Below, in pieces: positions 37,650-51,829 of a stretch of 64,000 nucleotides of DNA (its first letter is position 1; the number at the start of each line of letters is the position of its first letter). The notes below the pieces were generated by a model. The model was not told the origin of the DNA and did not search any database. It saw only the letters and a program-made list of their open reading frames with translations. This DNA is from Raillietiella orientalis (Eukaryota). Made by a program: the position numbers and the translations under genes. The DNA is taken from assembly GCA_036172245.1 (NCBI GenBank), contig JAYWIR010000008.1, positions 5,146,001 to 5,210,000 of the forward strand. The letters are read 5' to 3'.

Positions 37650-38570
37650 ACCTCTGGAGGCATCACCTTCCAAAAAACAAAGTCGACTGGAACCACGTGG
37701 GACGGGCTTGATCTCATGTGGTTCATGTGGTCCTCACTAGTGTGGGATGACCTAGAAGTGCAACTTTCTGGGAAACGCTTCCCCTCTCCTGGTGAAGATG
37801 GTCCCCCATGGAGCTATTCTCTCGCAAAAGAGAGCACGCTGGCAGTTACAGACGCCCTGACTGGCACCTCCACAGTGAGCATCTGGCAGTAAGGAGGATT
37901 TGATGTTTCTGCCCAAGAACGGGCACTACTCTGAGAGGAAGTGGAAAGAGGGAGAGAGGCCTTAGAGGTCAGCTGACCTCTGGGGCCTTGCGGTTTTGCT
38001 GCGAGCACCTCGTGGGAGCCCCTTCCTTGGAAGCAGGGCGCCCCCCGGCGCTCTTGATAGCTATAGCCATCTATCTGGTCCTGAGGAGTTCCTCCTGGAC
38101 GTACGCATCCTTCTGGACCGCTTCCGGCAGGTTTCCAGAACCGCACCTCATTGAGAGGTTCGAACAGGCATCCTCCTGCGAAAACTCCATGCTATGATGG
38201 GAGGAGGAGGTGCAGGGAACGTGCGGCGTGTCGAAGATGCTGGCAATCACTTCATGTGCGGAGCGCCACGGATGTCATTCCCACACGGCCAGCAGCAAAA
38301 AGGGCGTCGGGACCTCCTGACAACCCTGAGGCAGAGACGGCTGCTGGAGCGTGCAAACGGCCCGTTCGGCTCCAAACTCGCAGCAGTCCAGAGAGAAGCG
38401 CGAGGGCGAAACGGAACAGCAGATCCAGCAACCGAAGGCTCCCCCCGATGGCGCCACCTCCAGTGGACCCTCTCGGACGCGGAAAGAGTGGGTTCGAACC
38501 CTGGCATCGGCCGCCCTCTCCCCGGCTGAGCTCGCGCACAGGAAAACGAACGTCCGAGAGACAAAGCTCA
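37650..38570 (+). mobile_element. Possible LINE ORF1 (gag-like zinc knuckle) remnant
   Basis: CYDGRRRC...ACRRCWQSLHVRS. A C2H2-like HRCSFCDHKVRSFRSHL also occurs just upstream (~37338-37390). Confidence 0.3.
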
Positions 38571-38699
38571 TAGCGTCCCCAGGACGAAGAGGTCGCAGAG
38601 GCAGAGAGCAGATCTTCCCTTTATTTTCTCATGGATGCCCCAAACGTTCCGCGCTCACAAGGGAAGTAAGCGGAACCGTTTTTGGTGAATCGCGCCCAC

Positions 38700-40100
38700 A
38701 GAATGTCTCGAGGTGACCGAAGTCAGGAATGCTTCTGGGGTCGATGCGTCTCTTCTGCACATCCATCTTGAGAAGTGGACGTGGCCAAGATGGAAAGGGA
38801 GGGGGGAATTTGATGCTGTCTATCTTTGAGGAACGAGGCGTGTCAGAGATTCTGAAATACATGGCCACTCTGCAAACAGCAGACAGTGAAGAAACAGAGG
38901 AAGATCTCCAGTATCAGTGGTTTGGGGAGGGAGGGGATCGAGGGAAGAACCTTCTTGAGGAACATTCGACCGAAGTTTCTACTAGAAGGAGAGCTGGCCA
39001 GGAGCTGTAGCTTAAGGAAAATTCCATGGAGTACCGCGCGGACTTCTCTCAAGAAGAAGAATCGAAATCGCAGAGGGAGCGAGGAGGTCGAGCCGCGGTC
39101 GACGGAAGAGCCAGCGACTGGCACGACGACGCTCAGCGGCTTAACCTCAGCTAAGAAGTGAGAGAAGGACGAAGGACTCCTGAGAGTCCACATGATCCTG
39201 AGAAACTGCAAGGGCTCCCCGAAGTGCTACTAGGGGCGTCGGGAGAGGAGTGACCGGCCAGGAGATGCTCCCCTGGAATCTCGGGACCGTACTTCAGTGC
39301 GACCTGCAGGATTCTCGGGCGATACGAGGAGGCCTCCACCTCTCGCCTGAAGCAGTTGTTGATCTTCCTAGAGAGGATCAATGGACATGCTCGTCTCCTA
39401 GGAAAGAGACGCTTCCTGGACCACCTCGAAGACTGCTTCGACACGGTCTTAGCGGAGCGAACGCATGCCTCGGGCGCTACGAGGATTGCCTAAGAGCCAT
39501 CCCTGAAGGCGGAGAGCACGGTCGACGAACACAAGGAGCACTGCTATCAGGGGCGCTCCCACCGAAGGCGCAGCAACCGTCGGAGGCTCTGATGCGCTTC
39601 GAGAGGACCCTCATTACAGGCCGCGGGAGCGGGACAGCCCTCTGGTAGGCGTCGATGACGGCGAAGGCCGATCGCCGATCGAACGATGAGGACTCCGTGA
39701 TGAGCAGTGATCGAGGGTGTACAGAGCGCATGCGGCAAGCAGCAGAGTAAGAGGCAGCAGCACGTTATCAGCGTGCTGGCACGGTTCGGAAAAGAGCCAT
39801 CTCGTAGTCCTGAGCAGCCTAGAACTGGGATGAAACGGAGGAGGGCACAGGAACCGGATGCCGATGGCCTTCTTCATGCGCAGGGAACCGAAACTGCGAG
39901 GCTCTGTTCGGAAACGCCAGGGTCGCTTTCCCATCGCATGGCTGCCGAGCGGAGACCAGCTTAGACAGCTCCGTTGCCAGGGGCTCCGAGAAAACAGCAG
40001 GACCAGTCTCAGACCTTCCACGGATTTCGACGAGAAAGGAGCCGATTTTTTGAGCTCGCCGTTCCGATCGTACGTCTCGTGTGTGCGCGTCTCAGGTGCA
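38700..40100 (-). mobile_element. Degraded L1-like ORF2 (end of APE through RT domain 4)
   Basis: LGSHAMGKRPWRF, SSYRPRILQVALK (cf. NYRPISL..DYK) and SRNFGRMFL in order. The NFGRMF motif is shared with 11225-11600. Confidence 0.45.
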
Positions 40101-40749
40101 TTCAACCCTGGACGCCAGCGATGCTAATCCCAGATGAATGCAGTAGCACGACACCGATCACTCTAAACGTAGACTTCAACGGTTCGAGAGCGCAAGAACC
40201 TCCCTACGTGTATTTTATATTCCCTCATTCCCATCCTCCCTCCTTGTCTTTTTCCTTCTTTTCGCTTCTGCCTACTGGTATCTTCGAAGCATTTTTCAAG
40301 TCGTCATTTCCCAGTGACTTTCTTTTGTGGCAGCTTCTGGCAATCCTATCCCAGTGATCGGACAGCCAGTGAGGTGGGATTTTACAGGATCTTCAGATTA
40401 GCTTCACTCTTCTAGTAATTTGAGCATCAGCCGAACGAGATGATCCGCGCTGCCAGTCCATCATGCCTCATGCTGTATTCAACCCAATATGGGTTCAGTA
40501 CATCATGAGGATCAATTTATCAGGAGAGGTACCCATGATGATCCACATCTGTCATTTGGGAAGCACGCTAAGAGGACCGTCTTCTGCATCCGCAACTCAT
40601 CCCTTCGCTCTTTACTCCTAAAAAGGCAGCGCTGCTTGAGATGCCGGCATCCCTGCCGGTGTTCCGTCTTAGGCTCCCAGCACCGGAAGTGCTGTGCGCT
40701 TGAACGCGCGCCAACTCTCTCTCGATGCGTCCCACCCTCCTCCTAGGGA

Positions 40750-41320
40750 TCCTGGTCTCTCTTCTAACGCAGCTGGTCCCTGCAGAGGTCGCTCGCACCG
40801 GCCCAGGTGCTTCCTTGGCTGCGGGATGCTTGTTCCCTTTGCGTTTTCTTATATCTCCTGAGGCGGAAAACTGGCGACTCGTAGGAGCAAGCGATGTCCA
40901 GGAACGATCGTTCCTGGTCGCTTGAGAGCAGCGGACAGGATCCGAGTTTGGAACCTACGCCCGGGATGGGTTGATTGGAGGCCACTCGCTCCCGGTTTTT
41001 CTGGAGAGTTTCCCCTCTTAATCCAGGCTGCCAGCTCCCATCCTGACTCTCGGGGAGCCGACTCGAGATTGCCTGCACAGGGGCTGAGGACGTGGCTGAA
41101 GGATTCCTCCCATGCCGTGGACCTTGCAGGCACGGTGGTGCCCGTTCCTGGCGAACGTTGCTCTCACAAGCAGACGGTGAATCCGCTCTCCTTCCACAGT
41201 GAAATCAGTGGACCCCACCTCTGAATGCTCTCCAGTAAGCCTAAAGTGTGCCGACAGGCACACGGCGCCGTGGCTAGAGGACTTGTCTGCCCTTGGTCGG
41301 GGCATCTCTTAGTCGCTCAG
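40750..41320 (-). mobile_element. RLE-type non-LTR retrotransposon C-terminal remnant
   Basis: EESFSHVLSPC (CCHC knuckle) followed by NQPIPGVGSKL...SFLDIACSYE. Confidence 0.65.
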
Positions 41321-41599
41321 GAGGGTTCGCGAATTTCTTCTTCGCATTTCCAAGTAGGGTCTTCGGCTCATCTTCGTTTTTGACCTTTGCCCCGCCGGAC
41401 ACTTCGACGTCGCTAACGGGCCTATTTTATTTTTTTTCAATAAATGGTGGCAGGAATTCCTCTAGATCTTCTCCCGTAGGTGGGTAGTTGCCAATCTCTT
41501 CTTTGTCACCGAAAGTGAGATTCTTCGTGAGAAACCCTATGCTGATGGATCTGGAGAGGTTGACGGTTTGAAGCAGCTGCGAGGTTGTCGTCCCCTCGT

Positions 41600-42300
41600 C
41601 CTGCAAGCTGGAAAGTCCGAGACACCTTGAACCACCAGCATACGCGACATGCTGACCAAGGGAAAGCCCTTTTCTACCCTGGACAGTATCCTTGAGAGTC
41701 AGCGCATCTGCTGCCCAATGGAGATGAGGGTTGGAGATTACGGGTTCAGTACACCGCCTCAGGGAGTAATTGCCATCATCAGTACAGTTTCACAGGGAAG
41801 TAGGAAACATCCTCAATCACTGCATCAGCAGCTCGAGTATGATTGCCGAAAGATGCGCCGACCTGGTGGTCCGGATGAAGAGCGAGCGCTTAGAAACATC
41901 CAGAGCTGGCGGTCCCTAAGTGCTCTCTCTGTTCCTGGAATGGACTGCAAGCTTCGATCACAGGTGACTGATCCAAGTCGAAGGACGATTGATCATGCTG
42001 GACCTCTCCTGCCCTTTCGAAAACTCCGTGGAGGCTCTGGAAAAGTGCAGACGCCTCGAGGAGAGCCGATGTCGGGGTCGGCCTTCCTATTCGTCTCTAG
42101 AGGAGTACTTGAGTCAGCTAGAGAGGTCGTCTCCGAATCCTCGGTGCCCGGAGAACGCCGGAGTAATGGAAGAACTGAAGATGCCAAGGAGACGGAAGGA
42201 GCACACAGGGAAAGCAGTGCTGTGCTCGGTCAAACAGGGACGTAGACTGGTGGGCAGCCTTGCGAGGACCACAGTCTCAGCAAGAGGCGGTGACTCTCGG
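41600..42300 (+). mobile_element. RLE-type non-LTR retrotransposon C-terminal remnant
   Basis: SVPGMDCKLRS... then IMLDLSCPFENSVEALEKCR and ELKMPRRRK. Confidence 0.6.
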
Positions 42301-42329
42301 AGATTTAGGATTGGCAGGACCGTGGCCAA

Positions 42330-44055
42330 GGTTTTTCTACAGGAACTCCTCTTCCGCATCAGTCCTCCAGGAGATCACCCTGATCTGAGCCTACGGAGAT
42401 CTCAGGAGAGCTCACGATCAAGCCCTTCTGTGCTCATCGTCCGCACCCTCCTCCCATACGCCGGAGCCCAAAGGAGTCTGCCGTCATCCGACGACGGAAC
42501 ACCGGAAGGCAGAGAAGATTCTGTCCCAGCGGTTGGGTACATTCTTAAGCGCCACCCAGCTCCGGGACCAGTCGTTCCTGCTGGTGAGTCGTTTGGGGGT
42601 GGCACTCTTGAGAAGAGGCCGAATTTCCTGGTGTTTGTCCGCCCCCCTACGAGGCGAAGCTCCATGCTCAACGCCTGTTGAGGAACGCCCCCAAAGACTT
42701 GGCGGCTTCGTCTCAGGATGCCGGCTTAGCTATCCTGATGCTGGAGAGAATCGGGCTGCAGGTGCAGTTCCGGATGCTGGCACCCTGTGCCAAACTGTAG
42801 ACTTCTCCGTTCTGTGCTCCCGCACGCCTCATCCTCAGAAGATGCTCCTACAACGAAGGACTGCTTTCGCTGCTGCCGAGCACCCGTTGCAAAATGTGGG
42901 GATTCGGCTTTCCCCTGAGGCAGCTCGCCTCCCTCGTGGAAGTCTAGTCATGGATCTCCTGCCGCCCAATGAACTTCAATGCCTGGAGGCAGGAGGCTGT
43001 CAAGTCCTGGACAACATTCTAGGAAATGCGTCCGGAGAATGCAGGACACGACAAAGTGATTCACCTTGGCCGCATCGCTGTCGGCCCTGAGGACAAGTGA
43101 CGACGGCTGCGACGCCGCGAGGTGGGATTATTTTGCTGCACCATCGTGGGAAAGACGATAGTCCTTGGCGTCTGGAAGACGCGCGAGTTGGTGGGGGCTG
43201 CCACTCCGCGTACCCCGGTGACGGAACTCCTTTGGAGGAGGCAAATTCTGAGCATTGCCCCAGAGGGGTTTGTGGTCCCTCTCCGATGTCTGGACACTTC
43301 TGTGTTCCTGCTCTCCCGGAAACAGGTTGTGCCGCTCTTTCTGCACTGGGAATTCCCGTGCAAGGAGAGCCGGGCACCTTCGTTTTCGCGGGGGTTTCGT
43401 CACCGAACTGTGTCAGGACTGCATTGCCCTCCAGGAATTGTGGCGAAGGCTAGCAGCAATGATCCTGCACCAGAGGACACCGCCCACGACCTGCTGCGGC
43501 GATTCTTCGCTCCAAGAGGACTTTCGACGGGTGCGGTAATCGCAACGATGGGCGCCATCGTCACTGCCCGCCGTGTGCTGGAGGTGACGACGCAGCCAAG
43601 GGAGGTCACCGGGATGGCAGCCTCCTACGTGAGGACAGCTGCAAGGTGGACTCACCTGCAAGAAGTAGTGAAGGAGGAGATCTTCGGCATCCAGCACCAG
43701 TTCTGAAGTGAAGGAACGAACGACATCGGTGACCTTTGTCCTCGCCCTCCCTTTTTTCATTTTGTTTTTTTATTACCCACCCCCTTTTGCTTCGGACCTT
43801 AACCGGTTTTTGTGCATTGGTCCCTGTGTATACGGAGCGACACCGAAGACCTTTGTCCCATCCTTCATGTATTTCCTTATGTTTGGGGGGATTGTCCCCC
43901 TTCTACTCCCTCTTCTTTTGAACTTTTGGATATCCTGGCCTGCGTGTCGGTGTACCCTCCTCCGGAAATTCTTTTGTCTTTGGTTGCGAACTGTATTCCC
44001 AACTGGTTTGTATTTATAAAGTAAACATCCCGGCATGACCAGCTGAAAAACTTCC
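42330..44055 (+). mobile_element. Diverged copy of L1/Tx1-like family A (post-RT region to 3' terminus)
   Basis: LFLHWEFPC...AHDLLRRFF...ASYVRTAARWTHL aligns with 27238-28197. Terminal motif TTTATAAAGTAAACATCCCGGCATGACCAGCTGAAAAAC at 44013-44051. Confidence 0.7.
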
Positions 44056-46559
44056 ATGTTTACCATGGTTCCGCTTTCCATAGTTTGAGTACATGTTGAG
44101 GTCATTACGACCCCAAGGCTTATCGTCAATCACTTTAGCAATGAGAATTTAGGAAATGATTTGTTTGAAAAGCAAATTCCTTTTTTCGTTACACTTAGAC
44201 GATCCTGAGACAGATGCCACGAGATGACCACCCAGTGGCTGTGATTCTCTCCAAAGGTGTTTTGCTCCTACTCCCAGCTCTTTCGGCCAGTTTGTACGTT
44301 AGGATAACCCGAGAGGACCTCCTCCGGAACCCTCCTCTGGCTTCTCCCGGACAGGCATGGTTCACCCTCTGATCCACTTCCTGAGAACCAGATGGAGAGG
44401 GTTGCCCTACGTCGGGGATGCTGGAAACTCTGCCTTTCATTCGTTTGGATCTTCTTTCTTAAGTAGTAAGTAGTAAAATTTTGAATGAACGATTTGTGTC
44501 TTGCACCCCAGTCAGCATGCACTGTGTATGCAACAAAATATGAACTTAACCATTCAGTCAGCTACCCGAATGCCCGACCTGCCATCTGCGGCCGTCCGAT
44601 AAGCTCATTTCAGTCCGGAAAAGAGTAATAAAAAACTCTTAATAGTTTTGACGAAAGCATTCCAATTGGCAGCATCAGCAACCGGTAAACGAGAGTATCA
44701 GATGTGTTTAGTGTTTTCCGAACTTGCGAAAAAAAAAAAAAAAAAAACGACTTCATCCTGCAGTGCTTCCGGATTGAAAGCGACAGAGCACTTAAATCCG
44801 ATTTGTCTGTAACGAATAAGAGATTGCAAGCTTTCTCCCTCTAGAGAAGCAAATCCTTTGCAATGGGATGTGCAGGCGATAGTCAAAAAAGAGAAACAAA
44901 AAATGCTTTCCCGCCATCTTGATGCGTGCTCCGGTATTTCTTGCCCGGAAACGGCAAGCTTGTTCCGCCCTGCCATCCAGAGAGGGCGCTGGGAAGCTCC
45001 GGGAACGTGCTGTCCGGCCCGCGTGAGGCGTGAAATCCCCTCCCGGCGTGCGTGCGAGGAACAACCGGCGGCGATCGCTTCTTCGCCTTTGCCCCATTTT
45101 TTGCCTGCCCGATGCTTTCCGATCTGCCGCGCCCATCAACTTGCAGCCCATCAACGGCATCCTTTGCCAGCTGCCTTGGTCAGTGAGCATTTCCCCGCTG
45201 CCCGCGTAGGGAACGGTACGCTCCCAACTATTTACAAAGTGCTGGCAGTTGACTAAGTGCACTAAATCCGGATCCCTGAAATGAAATACATTTACTTGGT
45301 CATGAAGCTGTGCTGATGGTCGGGCTGTGAACGGATTAAACAAACAAAAAAAAATGAACACAAACCGAAATGTACGTAATGACAGTATCGCTGCTTTCGT
45401 GGATTGCACCACCCATCTAGAAATCAGCGAAGGGCATAACGTTTAACGACGAAGGGCTCCTATCAACACTTCAGTTATCGTATGCTTTGGGGGGGAGGTG
45501 GGGAGGGGAGTCCCGAGCTGCAGTAGCAAACGTTTTTGACAAGGAACTCTGGAGCTTGCTGAAGACGTTTATAGCGACCTTTTTGGAAATTCCATTCCAG
45601 GGACATCCAGAGGAACCATGAAAAATTCCTTGGGGTTTCGACACTCCCTCTCTTTCTTACGGGAGCCGCCTACTTTTAAAATCGTATCGCAAGTGTTCCA
45701 GGAAACGGAACAGGAGTGGCCAATCGAAATGCACTGCTTTTGAAATCTGAAACGAAGGCGAGATTTCAGGAACGCCTTCATAGGCTCCTGACCTGGGCAA
45801 AGAAACAATCCCGAACTCGGATGCCAAGGTCCTGCCGTACACCAACACCTGATCAAGGATGGCAAGACGTTCACATGACCACAGGTGATACGGACGAGAC
45901 CGTGCACTCCAGGAAGTGCACGTCTCTGAATGAGCAAACACTCGTGTGTGTTTGATTAGGGAACGAGGAGAGTCGGCTGCGCGCAGAACCGTGCATGCAC
46001 TTCCTGTTTCGAATGAACACGAACATAGTGATAATTGTGATCTCGTGCACTCACATAAACACGCGAGTTCTTGGTCTCCCGACCTTCGGTTTACAAAAGT
46101 AGATTATAGACGGAGGTAAATGAAAATCATGCATACAGTTCTTGAAGTACTCGTAACCAACTGGAATTCATTCATTTTTCTTCTCATTCATTCATCCATT
46201 TCCTGGCCAAGGAGGGAAAAGGAAAAACTGCAGTCCAAACAGAGAGTCAAGACATTCGGTTGTGTGAAATTACAAATCATGGGGGTTGCGGATTGCATCG
46301 GCGCGCAAGACAGGCGTTTGGGAGGGAAAGGACAAGGGGCATCTGCCCGAAGGTGAGCAGACAAAGCTACAAAACACTCGGCGTGCTTGCATGAAGATTT
46401 GTGGCTTCAAGATTTTTTGCTACATACACGATATCCAGTGCCAGTGGGTATCGTATGTGTACACTGATCGTTAGGTTCAGTGGAACGGCCATCAGGGAAA
46501 ATGAGAAGGATAAAAAAAAAATAAACTGCTGTGGAACGGGCACGAAAAACAGTTTTAGG

Positions 46560-48055
46560 ACTCTGTAGGGAACAGAGTGAGTGCCAGCCCGCGGGTCCGA
46601 ACCGTTGCCGCGCAAAGGTCAACTGCCATCAAGAACATGTTGAGACTGGAAAAACACGATAACCTTACAAGATCCTGGATCCATTTAGTACATACAAGAA
46701 TGTTGGAAAGGAAATAAAACAACAGACAATAAACAATTGATAAGAGGTCTCGAGTGGAAATTGAAAGGCTACAAAGAAAAATTATATGGAAAGAATACAG
46801 GCCGAGGGTCAGGCTGAAACTGTTATGCCGCCCTCGAGAGGAAGGAGGAACTGGCATGAAGATGCTGCAACATTCTGTGGAATCCATGGATGCGCGGCAA
46901 CTTTTGGAGTACACCTCGAATTGGGAGGAATTGGCCTTTTGCAGCACACAGAGCCTACGCGAGGTTGTTGCACAACTCGAGAGGCCCAATGTCTGCGATG
47001 ATAGGAGCCACCGGAGAGTGGGTGAATATCGATCCCAAATGGAAGCGGAAACAAGTGCTGGTGAGAATTCACCAATTCAACATCGTTCCCAGAAGTAAAG
47101 AAGTATGGGAAGAGGAGTTAGCTCCGGTGATGCCTCTTTTTGTACCCATCCCAAGGGAAACTACAAATTGGATTCATCAGAGACCAAGGCTAAGGGTTTC
47201 AACACTGCGAACAGTTCGTCAACATTGGGAATCGCCACCAAATGCGACTGTATCGCGTGACTATAGAAATGAAAGGAAAATTCAGTCACCGAACACGAGA
47301 GCTTTGGAAACAGATGCCGCAGGAAGTGTGGCTGCTGATGACCAAAGCTAACATCAAGAAAGAAACGCTGAAGATTCACCAAGACAACGATGTCCTTGAT
47401 GCAGTTTCGAGCCGATACGGACTAGCGCATGCAAATGTGCTGGCCGTAGGGGCTGCACTCATGAGGAGTGACCTTCCCCCGGACACTCAGGATAACCTCC
47501 TATTGTTTTATCACGGAGGGATTCTGAGGGGTTCCAGAGTGCGGCACTGGACGGTGAACATCCGGGAGGGACTATGTAAAGCGTGGTGTGGAGAAGAAGA
47601 AAAGCAGCTCCACGTGTTCACCGCCCCACGCTGCGACCGGATTGGCAAACAGTGAAGGTGGTGACCTGCCTGCAGCGAAGGAAAAAGATTGAATTCCTGG
47701 AGAGTTTGTTTCAGGGGAACGGAATCGTTCCTCTGTGCAACCCGATGGTACTTACCACGCTTGCCTTCTTCATCACCATGGGTGCCAGCGTGGGAGATCC
47801 TAAAAGGACTATTGAAAAGAGAGATCGGGATCAGGAATTGTGGGAAAGTCCCAGTCTGTACCTACCGCTACATCCTCCTGAAGATGGAAGAATACGCCCA
47901 GGCATAAAGAACAATTCCCCCGCCCTCCCAAACCCAAAACTGAAAACTGGAAAAGCGATGGGATCATCTGAGAGACTGGTGCAGTAGTGAACAGTGGAAC
48001 GGAGAAATGATAAGAAAGACGGTGTTGAATGTTTTTGAAGTAGTTTAAATAAATT
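46560..48055 (+). mobile_element. L1/Tx1-like LINE 3' half (a different family)
   Basis: IERLQRKIIWKEYRPRVRLKLLCRPREEGGTG (canonical post-RT motif) and LLLFYHGGIL...HW...LCKAWCGEEEKQLHVF..PRC (zf-RVT). AATAAA at ~48048. Confidence 0.8.
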
Positions 48056-48449
48056 CACCCCACCGCTTGTCGGACCTGGGGATTTTAAAACAACAGACGA
48101 AGCATGGAAATCCCTCCCTCCACCATTTTGTTTCTCCAGCTCCTGATGTCATTTCCAGGGTTTTTCCATTACGGTCGCTGACCCATCCGATATTTCCGAT
48201 AATATGTTTGTTCGAACACACCATTCCTTTCCGATCTGCTCCGCCTGACTCTTGGGAAGTTTCAATTCCCTCGTCACTTCATCATTTCTCGAATCCCAAG
48301 ATCCAGGAGATGCGAACCCCAATAGCTCACGCGGTTGACGGCGCTCTCCTGTGAAGGAGAGGATGCGGCGTCAATCCTCGACACTCGCTCTCCTTCTCGT
48401 CTCTTCCAACCCTGCTGATGGTCACTACTAGTAGGGCAAGCGAAGTCGC

Positions 48450-50560
48450 GTCGTGTGGCCACTTTCTTTTTGCCTTAGGAAGTCAGCCGGGCTGAGTTCC
48501 CTTCTGGAATAATCTAGCTGGCTGCTACACTGCCTCAGGGTTTCATGAGCGCCATCTTGATCCGAATCACCAGTTCGCCGTGCGCCTCCCTGATCGTCGG
48601 CTGGTTGTCGACGCACCTGTTGAACGCCCCCTGTCTTCCGCGCGCCTTCTGCACAGACGGGCAGCGTCGTGTTTGGTTAGCACTGCCCTCAGCCAGAAGG
48701 TTGAGTCGCGCCTTCCCGACAAATCCATAATCTTCAGGCTGATGACTTCCGCCGCTGAACGGAAACTGCCCCGAAGCCTGATGCTGCCCAGAGCAGATCT
48801 TTCCGCGACCTAGGTGCGTTTCGTGACAAGTAAATGTCCGTTCTGCCAGGCCTGAATTGCACCCGGGTGATTTTCCTTTTCGTGTTCGTCCAAGTGCCTT
48901 TTGATGTCGACGTCGAGTTCGTTCCACTTCCCCTCGATCTCTTCGAACACTTTGAAATCTCCCAAGTCTTAATCCGTTGGTGTGCCTCCTTTCCAGGGAA
49001 GGGGGAATCGGGAAACGTGAATGGATGGTGCCATGAGGGGGGGGGGACTTAACTTGCAACTTGCCGGCCCTGGAGTTGGACCCTAATTTGCTAGAGTCCC
49101 TGCACGTCCCACTATACATCATTCCGAGGTGAGGCGAGCTGGAGCATGTCAACCACCCCCAAAAGGATCAAGAGACATTAAACGTGCCTACGAAGGGTTC
49201 GGGTCACGTGGTTCGAGAGGGGAGCGTAACGCCTGTGGCTGATACAGGATGAGCACTGAGGCAAATGATGGGTTGGCTTTCGAAACCGTCCTTTGGAACG
49301 AATCTTGCTCTGCCGGATGTCGAGAGGTTAGCAGTTTGAAATTTCTCTGTCTACAGCATGCCAGTGGTCATCCTTAAGGAACTTTTTTTTGTTAGCATCT
49401 CTTATCTTCAGGGCAAGCTGTTCCCCACGGACTTATGGTATTAAATAAACGTCCCGGCGTCTACATCGAATTTACGTGCCTCTCTCAGCTGGTCGCGAAG
49501 GTCGAGATACCCATCGACTTTTCGGAAACCCAGAACATCAGCTACCACTTTTGGTATATTGACGTGCTCCCTAGCCGATTGTCTCATCTGGCTGATGGAT
49601 CCGCTTTCTTGAACATTTCCGGCCATTGATGGTGCACCATACCAGGAAGCAAGGTTCTCATGGCGTCCGAATGTCGCCACCGTGGCAGACTGCAAACCTT
49701 GTGTTCACACAGTTGGGGTCACACACGTGATCCGCCCTGACCGGGCCGCCGGGACAGCAGAACTAGGGAAACCAAGAAACAAGGTCAAGTGAAGGCATGA
49801 AAAGCAAAGAATGGTCCCAAAGAGCAGACGATCCTGGGCCGAGTAGATGACCACGGTTATCTCGCTTTTCGTAAGCGTGCCGTGGACCACAGAAAAGCGG
49901 CTTCAAAGAGGAAGACACCGACCATAGAAAACTGAGAACTCCGCCAGATGCAAGAGCGGAAGACATTCCAGTCTCGCGAACTCTGGCAGGACGAGGGCTC
50001 TCAGTGGACCAGAGTGAACCCCCGAGCGCTGGATGACCACATCAAGCAGGAGCCCACCTCCGCAGAAGCTTTGGAAACGACGTGGGCGAAGTTTGAGCAA
50101 CTGGCCTTGAACCCACATGTCATCGGCACCTATTCTCTAAAAGTCCGAACTGTCTCCAGAGATCCAGGACCGACTCCTGATATTCCATCATGCAGGGATC
50201 CCATGCGGTACAAGGACCCGGCGTTAGACCAGCATCCCCAGAGACGGGCAATATCCCGTATGCGGGAGAATCGAAGACGACCTATATATCTACATCTGCA
50301 AGACCCTCTTCCAGCACTGGAGAATGGTCAAGAAGGCAATGAATTTTCCCGGACAGTCCAGATCCTTTGAAGACTCTTCCGAAAACAGGGAGTCGTCCCC
50401 CTGTACAACCCCACGTTGAGGATCATGTAGGCCTTCTTCGTAAGAAGCATCTTCATCAGGAGGGCCAAGCTCCGAAGGATTGTTCAGCTTTCCTCCAGAG
50501 ACATATCAGTGGGGCTTCCCAAGAGAGAGATAGGCTCACGAGACTGAGGCAGTGCTAGGT
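48450..50560 (-). mobile_element. Degraded LINE RT remnant
   Basis: Weak motif echoes in order (LREPISL, KDLDCPG..FLTILQ, SPHLG, HLGRGKI...GG). Heavily frameshifted. Confidence 0.35.
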
Positions 50561-51149
50561 TTGAGCACAAGCTGAACGTTGCGAAAGATCCAGCAAGACG
50601 GACAGCGAGTGGCACCCTTCACCAAGAAACCAGGGTCAGGATGCTACGCACTATACGCGATCCACCCTCACCTCCCTCCCCTTCTTGATCTTCCATCCTT
50701 CCGCATGCGACAGACAAACCTCTGCCCGTTGGAAAGGGTACGAAGGGAGACAACGAAGAGGACAAGACCAAAGAGTAGGGCAGTGCACAAAGTGCGTCTG
50801 CATACCTTTGTTGTTTGGTTGTTTCGTTTGATTGTTTGTAAACGTTAAAACTGAAACTGAAAATCAGTTTACCCCTCCGGGCTGGGGAAAAGTCGTACCC
50901 GCGATTGGCACGCGTTTCCTGTGTGCACCGCGCACCCCACGTACTCTGCTTGCATGTGTCACGGCACTGAGTTGGTTCCGCGCACGGCCCGCTTGGCGCG
51001 CCCCGGATTCTGGACCCCTGCCCGCCTACCTTTGCTCATCCGGAAGCGAAAGGGTAGGTTTCGGATGGGCAGAGCTGCCAAGAGACGCCAGCCACGGGTG
51101 GCAGAGCACGGCAAGTTGAACCCCTCCTCCCTGCTGATCCAACGAAGTT

Positions 51150-51800
51150 TGCTGTTTCATTTGTGTTCTCACCATCTGAATCTTTTACATACATTACTCC
51201 AAGTGCAATATAGGGGTAGTGGTAAAAATTGCCACAATCGTACCAGCTGTCAGTAATAATGCTGACTTCTTGCTCCCGATTATCTTATTCTTCTTAATCC
51301 TTATTGGAATTAGGTTTTTCACTTTTCCTTTTAGCTTTTTGAAGCCGCTCTTAAACATGCTGCCCTTTTTCAGCTCTTATTCTACGCGTTTCGCTTTTTT
51401 CGTTTTCAATACTTTCCAATTGAGTCTTTTTTATCTTTTTTAGCATTTTCTACATCCTGGGTGAGTTTTGCCTTACTCAACGATTTCAGACGTTACTCAT
51501 GTAGTGGTTTTGGCTTAGCTTCTTCAACCTGAGTTGCAGTTTTATGTTTTTGGGGCAGAATTATATTCTTTAAGCCCTTATTCGCTATTTTACATAATAC
51601 CGAATGTAAATATGATGGAATCTGGTCAATACGCGATTGCAACCTTGCCCTAAAAGGTTTAAAAGTCATCCTCTTTTTGAGTTGAAGTGCTTGGACCACG
51701 CTGATTAACTCCTGCTGCATCTCGAATCGATAGTTTTATTAATTCAAAATCATGTGCTCCTTCATCATCGATTCCCCCCTGTTTTCGTTTAGGCACAAAG
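51150..51800 (-). pseudogene. Lysine-rich hypothetical protein with a C-terminal hydrophobic segment (endosymbiont-derived)
   Basis: ...FKKLKGKVKNLIPIRIKKNKIIGSKKSALLLTAGTIVAIFTTTPYIALGV; multiple stops upstream. Confidence 0.45.
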
Positions 51801-51829
51801 TCCTACTGTTACTATATAACTCTTTATAC

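Noticed and set aside
38485..38505. GGTTCGAACCC tRNA B-box / tRNA-derived SINE
   Set aside because: There is no convincing A-box or cloverleaf around it.
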